In this document: piece by piece, positions 1-8,091 of the stretch
Numbering within the stretch: the stretch's first letter is position 1
Layout: each line of letters begins with the position of its first letter
Source of the DNA: Cyanobacteriota bacterium
Lineage (GTDB): Bacteria > Cyanobacteriota > Cyanobacteriia > Cyanobacteriales > Nostocaceae
Length of the DNA stretch: 17,324 bases
Direction of reading: 5' to 3'
Assembly: GCA_046045965.1 (NCBI GenBank)
Contig: JBJOKS010000051.1
Span: forward strand, 1 to 17,324
Made by a program: the position numbers and the translations under genes
The notes under the pieces: model-generated
Databases searched by the model: none
Seen by the model: only the letters and a program-made list of their open reading frames with translations
Told to the model about the DNA's origin: nothing

Positions 1-3000
1 AATTGGGATCTTGAATTTCAGCAAGGATGTATTTTACCGATGTTTCTGCATCTAAATCTGGACTGATATCAAGGGAACGACAAAATACAGTTTCCCATTC
101 GTGATTTAAACTCTTGGTCAGTCCAAATAATCCTGCACTAATTGGACTAAAATTAGTTGCTTTTCCGAGTGCAAATTCTCCATCTAATCGTGCAACACTT
201 AAGAAACAATTACGTCCTTTGGTTGCTGCTTGATTGAGTGGTTCTTTCAGATGTTTGGCAATTAAAAAGACATGACGGAGAATGGATTTTTCAGTTTCAG
301 AACTACCACTGAATACAGGATTTAAGTGAATGAAACTAGCTACAGAACCAAAATTATCAGCAATATCAGTTAATTGTTGTTGTAAACTTTCCTCATCCCA
401 ATCATTTAATCTTACCTGATTAATTTCCGCAGGTAAATTTGATTCGATAGAAGGGAAGCTTAAAACTACGGTTTTGCAACCTCTTCCTGCTAAATTTGTA
501 GCTAATTCTTGGGTAGTTGGAGAACCATCATCAGTGATTAAAACAATGTGATTTTCAGGAATGGTGAAATCTAAAATATCAGGTGGGGGAAGTGGTTTTA
601 ATTTTGCTGGACTGCGAAGAATTTGGTGTTTAAATTCTGGTTCTTTAAGATTCTGCTGTTCTGGTATCAGCAACTTAGTTACACTTTCAGCCTGATGTTG
701 CATATACTCGGCAATTTGTCCTAGTGTACGCAATTGTCCTAATTCTTCTGGGTTCGGTTTGGGTAAGTCTGGGTAAAGTTCTAAGAGTCCTCCTAAAATT
801 TCTACCCGTTTGATCGAATCAATTCCTAAATCTGCTTCAATATCCATTGATAGTTCTAACATTTCTACTGGATAACCAGTTTTATCACTAACAATGTTGA
901 GCAGAATGTTACTCAAATCTGCGGGAATTGTTATTTCTTTTTCAGCAGATTTTTCTAATACATTCTCCTGAGATGGAATAACAATCTGTATTTCATTCTC
1001 GACAGTTTTATTAGAAACTTCTACTAACATTTGTGCGGGGAAAATTGGTGTTTCTGAAGTCTCTACTTGTTGATTTAGCAACTCTGGAACTAGAGTTTTT
1101 ATATACTCGGCAATTTGTCCCAGAGTCCGCAACTGTCCTAATTCTTCTGGGTTGGGTTTGGGTAAGTCTGGGTAAAGTTCTAAGAGTCCTCCTAAAATTT
1201 CTACCCGTTTGATAGAATCAATTCCTAAATCTGCCTCAATATCCATTGACAGGTCTAACATTTCTACTGGATAACCTGTTTTATCACTGACAATATTGAG
1301 TAGAGCTTGGCTAAGAGTGGAGGTATCAATATTAATTGGAGTTGTAATATTGACGGTGATAGGATTTGATTTTTCTTCTATCTCCTCCACTGCAATAAAC
1401 GAAGAAATATTAACTTCATTTACGCCAAAATCATTATCAAAGGATTTTTCAGTTTTCTCTGCTTCTAGGAAATGCTGAGTAAGATTTATAGAAGGAGGTT
1501 GTTGTGGATTTATATCATCAGAAATCTCTAAAAAATTATAATGTTGTTGCAGTAATTGAAAGTAGTTATTGGCGTAGTTTTGCTGATAGTTGAGATATTT
1601 TTCATGAATGCGGATAGTTTCAGATTGATGATCATGAAGCCGCATCATGCTACGTTCAGAACTAGAAATTGCTAGTTGTTGTGTTTGCGCTTGATATTCA
1701 TTTACCTCTTTATTTTCTAACAATGAATACTGTTTCTGCATTAATTCATAAAATGTCTTTGTGTACTCTGTTTGATTTTGCAAAGACTGTTCATGAACTT
1801 GTGTAATGTCACTTTGTTGGCGAGTAAATTCTGCTAATGATTGTTCTAAACTATCAATAACTCGGTCATAATTGGGAAGTTGAATTTCTACTTTTTCTAA
1901 TTTGCTATTATTGCCATTCTTCACGGTTTTACCATGACTGCTTTTTTCCTCTAACACTTCCTGGTTTGGGGGGAGGGGAATTTTGATATCAGCAACAACT
2001 GGTTGCGGGTGGTGTTCGTTGACTTTTGCTGTTTCCAATTTGACAACATGACCATTTTCTAAGGCTTTTGCAAATGCTTTTTGTACTTTTTCGGTGATAT
2101 TGGTACTATTCAAACGCACATTCAAAACTTTCTTTTTATCAACTTCGGGTATTTTAGTTTCAATTTGGTAAGGGTCGAGATTTTTCAAAGGTACACCAGC
2201 AACTCGCAACTGTATTACTGCTTCTCTTAATACTAAATCGCTATCTTTGCGATAATTTCCATTTAAAGCTACAGCTATATGCGGTTTTTCACCCAAAATC
2301 TCTTTCACTAAGTTAGTGAGAACGTTTTTTGGTCCAAACTCAATAAAGCAAGAACCACCATTTGCATAAATATTTTCAATCTCCTGTTGAAATAACACCT
2401 GATTTAACAAATGTTGCTTGAGATTTTTTTGAATTGCTGCGGGTTCATGGGGGTACAATTTCCCTGTGACATTGCTATAAACTGGAATTTTTGCTTGATG
2501 AAAAGTTACCTTGTCAATTGCGTGGGAAAAAGGTTTTTGTGCATGGGCTACTAATGGTGTGTGAAAAGCTGCGGAAACTCCTAATAAAAATGTTGAAAAT
2601 CCCTTTTCTTGCAAAACATTCTGCACTTTGGTAATTTCTGATTTCTTACCAGCTAATACTACCTGATGCTGAGAATTCCAATTAGCAATAGCAACTTGAG
2701 GGAAGTCTTTAATTAACTCTTTTACCTGACTGACATCACCTTTAACCGCTAACATTCCCCCCGCATCAATTTCTGTGGGTGTGGCCATTGCTTGTCCTCT
2801 AGCTTTGACCAAAAAGAAATAATCTTCTTCACTTAAAACACCCCCAGCCCATAAAGCTGTTAATTCTCCAAAACTATGACCGGCAACAAAATCAGCTTTA
2901 AAACCAGCTTGTTTTAATATTTTATACAACCCTGCACTAAAAGCGCCAATTGCTGGTTGTGCATATTCGGTTTTTTGTAGTGTTTCTAGCTGATTTTTTT

Positions 3001-5047
3001 GGTGTTCTGCCTCAAAAACTGGCTGTGGAAATACGACTTCAGAAATGGATTTTAAACCATCTTGAGAGAATAAATGATCAAGGTGATTATAGGTTTGACG
3101 TAAGCAAGGAAAGTTAATTACTAATTCTCGCCCCATTTCCAAATATTGGGAACCTTGCCCGGAAAATAATGCTACTATTTTGCCTGTAGTTTCTATTCCT
3201 TGTTGACGGTAATATATTCCTTTGGGATGTTCCCAAGATTCCGCTTGAGGTTTATTTTTGATTAACTCAATAATGAGGTGTAAAAATTCTCCAGCTTGTG
3301 TCAAAGATGCTGCTACAAATCCCACTCTGGCATGGTTAGTAGGAACTTCAATTTTTTCGCATTCTGTAATTAGTTGTTGATAATGCCGTTCTTGATCTTC
3401 TGATTGCAATTGTTGCTGGATATCTTCACAGCGAGATAATAATTCTGCGGTTGTGGGTGCAAATAAGAGGATTGATTTTGCAGAATTGTGTAAACGATAC
3501 GAATGATCATGTTCATTTGTATATTCCTCTAAAACAACGTGATAATTTGTGCCTCCAAAACCGAATGCGCTTACCCCTGCGCGTCTAGGTTGGTTAGTAA
3601 TCCAAGGTCTAGTTTCTGTGTTTAAATAAAATGGTGAATTCTCAATATTTAGTTTTGGATGTGGTTTGGTAATGTTAATTGTGGGTGGTAATACTTTGTG
3701 ATGCAATGCCAAAGCTGTTTTAATTAAACTTGCTGCACCAGCGGCGGCTTTGGTGTGTCCAATTTGGGATTTAACTGTTCCCAAGGCAATGTGTTGTTTT
3801 TGGGAATTGTTTTCACCAAATACCTCTTTAATAGAGGTGAATTCGGTGGGATCTCCTACCATTGTTCCTGTGCCGTGGGCTTCAATTAAACCCACAGTTT
3901 CTGGTGAAAATCCGGCATTTTCATAAGCACGACGGAGGGCTTTAACTTGTCCTTGGGAATGGGGAGCGTAAATACTTTTATACTTGCCATCGCTGGAAGT
4001 GCCAATACCTTTAATGACTGCATAGATGCGATCGCCATCTCTAACTGCATCATCCAGGCGTTTAAGTACCAACATCCCCACACCTTCACCTAACATCATG
4101 CCATCTGAATCTGCATCAAATGGTTTAACTTTTTCCCCAGGAGAAACAGCAGGTGTTTTACTAAAACACATATAGGCAAAAATCGAATTATCGGTGTCAA
4201 CTCCGCCAGTTATCATCATATCGGCGCGATGTTCAACTAACTCGCTAATTGCCATTTTTAATGCACCTAAAGAACTGGCACAAGCTGCATCAACTACACA
4301 ATTCATCCCTCCCAAATCGAGACGGTTAGCGATACGTCCAGAAATCACATTAGCTAACATTCCGGGGAAGGCGTTTTCTTCCCACTGCACATAAGCACTT
4401 TTGAGTTTATCAATCACTTTTTCGGTTTCTTGAGCTGATAAACCGCTGTTTTTCAGAACTTTTTCCCAAACCGGATATTGCAACCTTGCACCTAAAGGTA
4501 CTGCTAATTGTCTACCAATTGCTACACCTAATATTACTCCCGTGCTTTCCCTATTAAACTGTCGAGATTCAGTATAACCTGCATCTTCCATTGCCGCTTT
4601 TGCAACTACCAAACCCAATAACTGGGAAATATCTGTCACCTCTAAAATATTTGGAGGTAAACCAAATTCCATCGGATTAAAATCAATATCTGGGATGAAT
4701 CCGCCTCGTTTACAGTAAGTTTTATCTGGTGCTTTGGGATCAGGATCATAGTAATCCTCTACACTCCAGCGTGAAGGGGGAACATCAGTAATACAATCAA
4801 CTTTCTGAATGATTTTTTCCCAATATTCCTGTAAATTTTTTGACTGGGGAAATATCGAAGCCATACCAATAATTGCAATATTTGTTTGCTGCAATTTGGT
4901 ATTAATTTCACTGACTAAATTTGTGTTTTCTGTTGTAATTTGTGGCATATTTCTTTTTACCTTGATAAGCTTGAGCAGAGCCTTTTCACAATTGCTAACT
5001 TCATCTTGCAATTGTGATAACGCAGCTTCAAATTTGGAAGCAGCCAT
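1..5047 (-). CDS. hglE: Heterocyst glycolipid synthase-type iterative type I PKS (PfaA/HglE family; KS-AT-ACP-ACP-KR-like C-terminal region); 3' end lies beyond the window edge
   Basis: Segments translated by hand. N-terminus MAASKFEAALSQ...NIAIIGMASIFPQ. KS motifs DLGGMNCVVDAACASS (~4270-4320), EAHGTGT (~3865-3885) and KSQIGHTKAAAG (~3740-3775). AT motifs VAGHSFGELTA (~2855-2890) and AAFHTP (~2555-2575). Two ACPs with IEADLGIDSIKRVEILG. The left edge reads DLDAETSVKYILAEIQDPN in the same frame as ATG 5047. Alternative starts are ATG 4948 or an upstream TTG near 5122. Not every codon was checked. Confidence 0.9.
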   Translation of the reverse strand, partial: MAASKFEAALSQLQDEVSNCEKALLKLIKVKRNMPQITTENTNLVSEINTKLQQTNIAIIGMASIFPQSKNLQEYWEKIIQKVDCITDVPPSRWSVEDYYDPDPKAPDKTYCKRGGFIPDIDFNPMEFGLPPNILEVTDISQLLGLVVAKAAMEDAGYTESRQFNRESTGVILGVAIGRQLAVPLGARLQYPVWEKVLKNSGLSAQETEKVIDKLKSAYVQWEENAFPGMLANVISGRIANRLDLGGMNCVVDAACASSLGALKMAISELVEHRADMMITGGVDTDNSIFAYMCFSKTPAVSPGEKVKPFDADSDGMMLGEGVGMLVLKRLDDAVRDGDRIYAVIKGIGTSSDGKYKSIYAPHSQGQVKALRRAYENAGFSPETVGLIEAHGTGTMVGDPTEFTSIKEVFGENNSQKQHIALGTVKSQIGHTKAAAGAASLIKTALALHHKVLPPTINITKPHPKLNIENSPFYLNTETRPWITNQPRRAGVSAFGFGGTNYHVVLEEYTNEHDHSYRLHNSAKSILLFAPTTAELLSRCEDIQQQLQSEDQERHYQQLITECEKIEVPTNHARVGFVAASLTQAGEFLHLIIELIKNKPQAESWEHPKGIYYRQQGIETTGKIVALFSGQGSQYLEMGRELVINFPCLRQTYNHLDHLFSQDGLKSISEVVFPQPVFEAEHQKNQLETLQKTEYAQPAIGAFSAGLYKILKQAGFKADFVAGHSFGELTALWAGGVLSEEDYFFLVKARGQAMATPTEIDAGGMLAVKGDVSQVKELIKDFPQVAIANWNSQHQVVLAGKKSEITKVQNVLQEKGFSTFLLGVSAAFHTPLVAHAQKPFSHAIDKVTFHQAKIPVYSNVTGKLYPHEPAAIQKNLKQHLLNQVLFQQEIENIYANGGSCFIEFGPKNVLTNLVKEILGEKPHIAVALNGNYRKDSDLVLREAVIQLRVAGVPLKNLDPYQIETKIPEVDKKKVLNVRLNSTNITEKVQKAFAKALENGHVVKLETAKVNEHHPQPVVADIKIPLPPNQEVLEEKSSHGKTVKNGNNSKLEKVEIQLPNYDRVIDSLEQSLAEFTRQQSDITQVHEQSLQNQTEYTKTFYELMQKQYSLLENKEVNEYQAQTQQLAISSSERSMMRLHDHQSETIRIHEKYLNYQQNYANNYFQLLQQHYNFLEISDDINPQQPPSINLTQHFLEAEKTEKSFDNDFGVNEVNISSFIAVEEIEEKSNPITVNITTPINIDTSTLSQALLNIVSDKTGYPVEMLDLSMDIEADLGIDSIKRVEILGGLLELYPDLPKPNPEELGQLRTLGQIAEYIKTLVPELLNQQVETSETPIFPAQMLVEVSNKTVENEIQIVIPSQENVLEKSAEKEITIPADLSNILLNIVSDKTGYPVEMLELSMDIEADLGIDSIKRVEILGGLLELYPDLPKPNPEELGQLRTLGQIAEYMQHQAESVTKLLIPEQQNLKEPEFKHQILRSPAKLKPLPPPDILDFTIPENHIVLITDDGSPTTQELATNLAGRGCKTVVLSFPSIESNLPAEINQVRLNDWDEESLQQQLTDIADNFGSVASFIHLNPVFSGSSETEKSILRHVFLIAKHLKEPLNQAATKGRNCFLSVARLDGEFALGKATNFSPISAGLFGLTKSLNHEWETVFCRSLDISPDLDAETSVKYILAEIQDPN
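702..1303 (-). repeat. Two tandem ACP-domain coding repeats (~702-904 and ~1101-1303, offset 399 bp)
   Basis: Near-identical DNA (e.g. gggtaagtctgggtaaagttctaagagtcctcctaaaatttctacccgtttgat in both copies). Both encode the phosphopantetheine motif LGIDS. Confidence 0.92.
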
Positions 5048-5316
5048 GACAATATCTTCAGTAGTTTGCTCGTGCAATGTAGAACTAGAAATGTGTAAAA
5101 AGTCGTTATCTCTGTGAATCAAGACATTAGAATTAAAGAACTAGAGACAACAATCTTGTCTGTGTAAGTAAATTATTGATTGCTAAATTAAATTTGGTAA
5201 AATGCTTCACTCTGCGGCTTAAGCTGGGATAGTTTCATATTGAAAACTTGATCCTTTTCCCTGTAACTTCAAATTGCCGCTGACTTATTTTTATCTTAGA
5301 CTGGTGACAAATCTTT

Positions 5317-5356
5317 TGCAACTCCTATGCAACTTAGATGCAACTTAATCAAGTTG
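5317..5356. promoter_or_regulatory. Three phased TGCAACT direct repeats (11-bp period) overlapping an inverted repeat CAACTT-N4-AAGTTG; putative protein-binding array upstream of hglE
   Basis: TGCAACT at 5317, 5328 and 5339; CAACTT at 5341-5346 and AAGTTG at 5351-5356. Function is inferred. Confidence 0.55.
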
Positions 5357-5450
5357 TGTGAAATCTAAGTTTGCTTGAGGCATATCGGTGAGATATTCGT
5401 TTATCCAATTACTATCAATAATTAACTGATCTTTTTCACAGAATTACAAA

Positions 5451-5468
5451 AGTTGCATATAAATTGCA
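5451..5468. promoter_or_regulatory. Inverted copies of the same motif (AGTTGCA, AATTGCA), again 11 bp apart
   Basis: AGTTGCA at 5451 is the exact reverse complement of TGCAACT; AATTGCA is at 5462. Confidence 0.45.
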
Positions 5469-5612
5469 TATCTGTTAAGACTTCAGAAGTCAGGAGTCAA
5501 AATGTTTGATAAATCGGTGGATGAGCAAATAGATATTTTGGGCTTATGGTTTTCCCTGAAAGCTTACGTAAAAACAAAAAATTTTATTCAGCTAGTTATT
5601 AGTTGAATTACT

Positions 5613-5628
5613 TTTACAAATTTGTAAA
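5613..5628. promoter_or_regulatory. Perfect 16-bp palindrome TTTACAAATTTGTAAA, possible operator
   Basis: Read directly; the AT-rich context lowers its significance. Confidence 0.3.
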
Positions 5629-6159
5629 TTTTGCATCTATCTAAAAGTGGATTTTTGATAATACTTATTATAACATTTTAATTCCTAAATTCTTTGATAA
5701 GTTAGGAATCTATATCTTCTAAAATTTTCGATTTATATGTAAATTTAATAACTAATAGCTATGTCTAAAGTATGAGTAAAATCATATTATTTACAACAAA
5801 AGTGCTGATTTTATGTGTTGAAGTAACAAATGCGAGTAAACCATATTGACGAATTTTAAATCTGTCAAGCTACGGGCAAAAATTATCTATACATATTTGT
5901 TGCATAGGGGTTGAATTTGATGAATAATCAGTTTATTGTGTGTTATTGAATGATGTAAATGTAAATCCATGCTGTTGGTTTAGCGTAGTGGGTAGATCCA
6001 GAATTTAGGTAGAGAAAATATATAAATTCACCTTATGAATTCATCAGTCTATCCACTCTTAAATACACAGTATTGCAGTAAAACTTCATGCAATTTAACC
6101 AGATTGTGTGTAGGGTTCTGCAAAATGGTAATTACAAGAAACTATAAGGGCTTGCTGGC

Positions 6160-6483
6160 ATGAGACTATCTGAATTAGATCCACTCATACCGCTAAATGA
6201 GTTGAGAGAAGAACTGCTTAAATTACCAAAAGGCTACTCTTTTTATGAAGACGAATTGGTAGACTTCCTATCACGACGCAGATGGCCAGAGAGCGATCGC
6301 CGAATTGATAGAACAACTTTCTGGCGGTGGCGAAACGACAACGGAATTGAACATCAAAAAGTATTCAGCCGCTTGGATATCCTCAAACTCTGCCAAATTT
6401 GTGATCATTATCGTGTCGATGGAACTCGCAACGAATACTTAGCAATTATGAAAAAGAAAAAAGAACTGATGCTCAACAAATAA
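6160..6483 (+). CDS. Small (107 aa) MerR/excisionase-like helix-turn-helix protein, putative DNA-binding regulator
   Basis: The pattern FYEDELVDFL...IDRTTFWRWRNDNG...FSRLDILKLCQICDHYRVDG resembles the MerR N-terminal winged-HTH. It has a basic tail and no long coiled-coil or effector domain. Confidence 0.6.
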   Translation: MRLSELDPLIPLNELREELLKLPKGYSFYEDELVDFLSRRRWPESDRRIDRTTFWRWRNDNGIEHQKVFSRLDILKLCQICDHYRVDGTRNEYLAIMKKKKELMLNK

Positions 6484-6543
6484 CCATTGCATCTTACTGG
6501 TGCAGACAATACTAAATAGCTCTACTCACAGCCGATATAGCGA

Positions 6544-6572
6544 AGGAATTGATGGATATATATCCATCTTCC
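6544..6572. terminator. Hairpin (perfect 18-bp palindrome GATGGATATATATCCATC at 6551-6568, extended by GGAA/TTCC); possible terminator or RNA-stabilising stem
   Basis: Inverted repeat about 65 bp after the stop of the 107-aa ORF; no strong U-tract. Confidence 0.35.
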
Positions 6573-6785
6573 TAGCTCTATCTTTACCAAATTCACGTAA
6601 GTATTTAAAACCAGTTAGAACCAGTTATAAGCAGAAATAACAAAAATTAAATAAGTCGCACCAACGTTATCAGGGAATGCTATCAAGTGTACTGCTCTGT
6701 CTCTTTTATTGATAGAGATAGAAGCTTCTATTAACCCCATTAGGGGAAAAAACGCCGTTTTAATTGCTAATTTAAAGGCATAATT

Positions 6786-7985
6786 ATGGTACACAAAGAA
6801 AAGCAGTCATTCACAAACCCTGTAGGTTGGTTGTCGATAACTTTGGCAGTTACTACATTTGTAGCTACTGGCGTATTATCTTACTACAGCCTGTCACGTT
6901 TTCATTTGAAACCTAAATCAAATACTCCAGTTTCTATCAGCAGTCCTACTCCTACAGTGACTGCTGTTGCAGCTTTAGGACGTTTAGAACCTCAAGGAGA
7001 AATCATTCGTTTGTCTGCTCCCAATTCTCAAGGGGGGGGTGTGAGAGTAGCCAAACTTTTGATAAACAAAGGTGATAAAATTCGTCAAGGACAAGTAGTA
7101 GCAGTTCTTGATAATCACGCTCCTAATGTTGCAGCTTTAGAAAAAGCTAAACGACAAGTACAAGTTGCTGAAGCTAGTCTCAAACGAGTAAAAGCAGGAG
7201 CAAAACAAGGTGATATTTATGCTCAAAAAGCTACAATTGCTCGTTTAGAAGCTGAGTTACGTGGTGAAACTTCTGCTCAAAAAGCCACAATTGCTCGCTT
7301 AGAAGCTGAATTAAATAATGCAGAAACAGAAAATCAGCGATATCAGAAATTATATCAAGATGGCGCTATTTCGGCTTCAAATGCTGATACTAAACGCCTA
7401 CGAAGGGATACTGTACAACAACAATTAAATGAAGCCAAAGCTGCCTTAAACCGAACTGTAGAAACTCTGCAAAAACAGTTAAATGAAGCCCAGGCTAGAC
7501 TGGAGAGTATTGCCGAAATTCGCCCCACGGATGTGCAAGCAGCACAAGCTGATGTTGAAAGTGCAAAAGCATCCGTTAAACAAGCTCAAGCAGAGCTAGA
7601 TTTAAGTTCTATCCGTTCACCTATAGATGGACAAGTGTTAAAAATTAATGCTTGGCCAGGAGAAATAATTGGTAGTAATGGGATAGCTCAATTAGGTCGC
7701 ACTCAACAGATGTATGTAGTCGCAGAAGTCTACGAAAGTGATATTAAAAAAGTGCGTTTAGGTCAGTCGGTTGAAATTACTGGGGATGCTTTTACGGGAA
7801 AAATTCAGGGAACAGTTACAGATATCGGTTTACAAGTTGGTAAACAGAATATCTTTAATACTAATCCCGGTGCTGATACAGATAACAAAATAGTTGATGT
7901 CAAAATTCGCATTGATAAACCAACAGATAACCAACGAGTTGCGGCTTTGACTAACTTACAGGTGCAGGTACTTATAAAAATATAA
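6786..7985 (+). CDS. devB: DevB-family membrane fusion protein (ABC exporter periplasmic adaptor)
   Basis: N-terminal TM helix, AVAALGRLEPQGE, lipoyl-like halves (IRSPIDGQVLKI), long alpha-hairpin, MYVVAEVYESDI, C-terminal LTNLQVQV. Which paralog it is (devB vs hgdB etc.) is unresolved. Confidence 0.9.
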   Translation: MVHKEKQSFTNPVGWLSITLAVTTFVATGVLSYYSLSRFHLKPKSNTPVSISSPTPTVTAVAALGRLEPQGEIIRLSAPNSQGGGVRVAKLLINKGDKIRQGQVVAVLDNHAPNVAALEKAKRQVQVAEASLKRVKAGAKQGDIYAQKATIARLEAELRGETSAQKATIARLEAELNNAETENQRYQKLYQDGAISASNADTKRLRRDTVQQQLNEAKAALNRTVETLQKQLNEAQARLESIAEIRPTDVQAAQADVESAKASVKQAQAELDLSSIRSPIDGQVLKINAWPGEIIGSNGIAQLGRTQQMYVVAEVYESDIKKVRLGQSVEITGDAFTGKIQGTVTDIGLQVGKQNIFNTNPGADTDNKIVDVKIRIDKPTDNQRVAALTNLQVQVLIKI

Positions 7986-8007
7986 ACGGTAGATTAGATC
8001 CCTCCAA

Positions 8008-8026
8008 CCCCCCTTATTAAGGGGGG
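8008..8026. repeat. GC hairpin CCCCCC-TTATTAA-GGGGGG between devB and devC, resembling small dispersed cyanobacterial inverted repeats
   Basis: Read directly; context ccctccaaccccccttattaaggggggct. Confidence 0.55.
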
Positions 8027-8091
8027 CTAAGAGAGATCAAGAAATGATTAATAATTCAATTTGTATAATCTGACTTTCAGAGGTTTTAAAT

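Noticed and set aside
1296..5117. Track ORFs 1296-1478(+), 3886-4089(-), 4194-4394(+) and 4809-5117(+)
   Set aside because: Antisense or off-frame shadows of the hglE ORF, which the track missed because it has no stop codon in the window.
5048..6159. Possible CRISPR array, tRNA, or heterocyst DIF1 (TCCGGA) promoter motif in the long intergenic region
   Set aside because: No repeat-spacer pattern, cloverleaf, TCCGGA or perfect GTA-N8-TAC site was seen on manual reading.
7221..7490. 54-bp-offset repeats in devB (AQKATIARLEAEL x2; QLNEA x2)
   Set aside because: Ordinary alpha-hairpin repeats of DevB-family adaptors.
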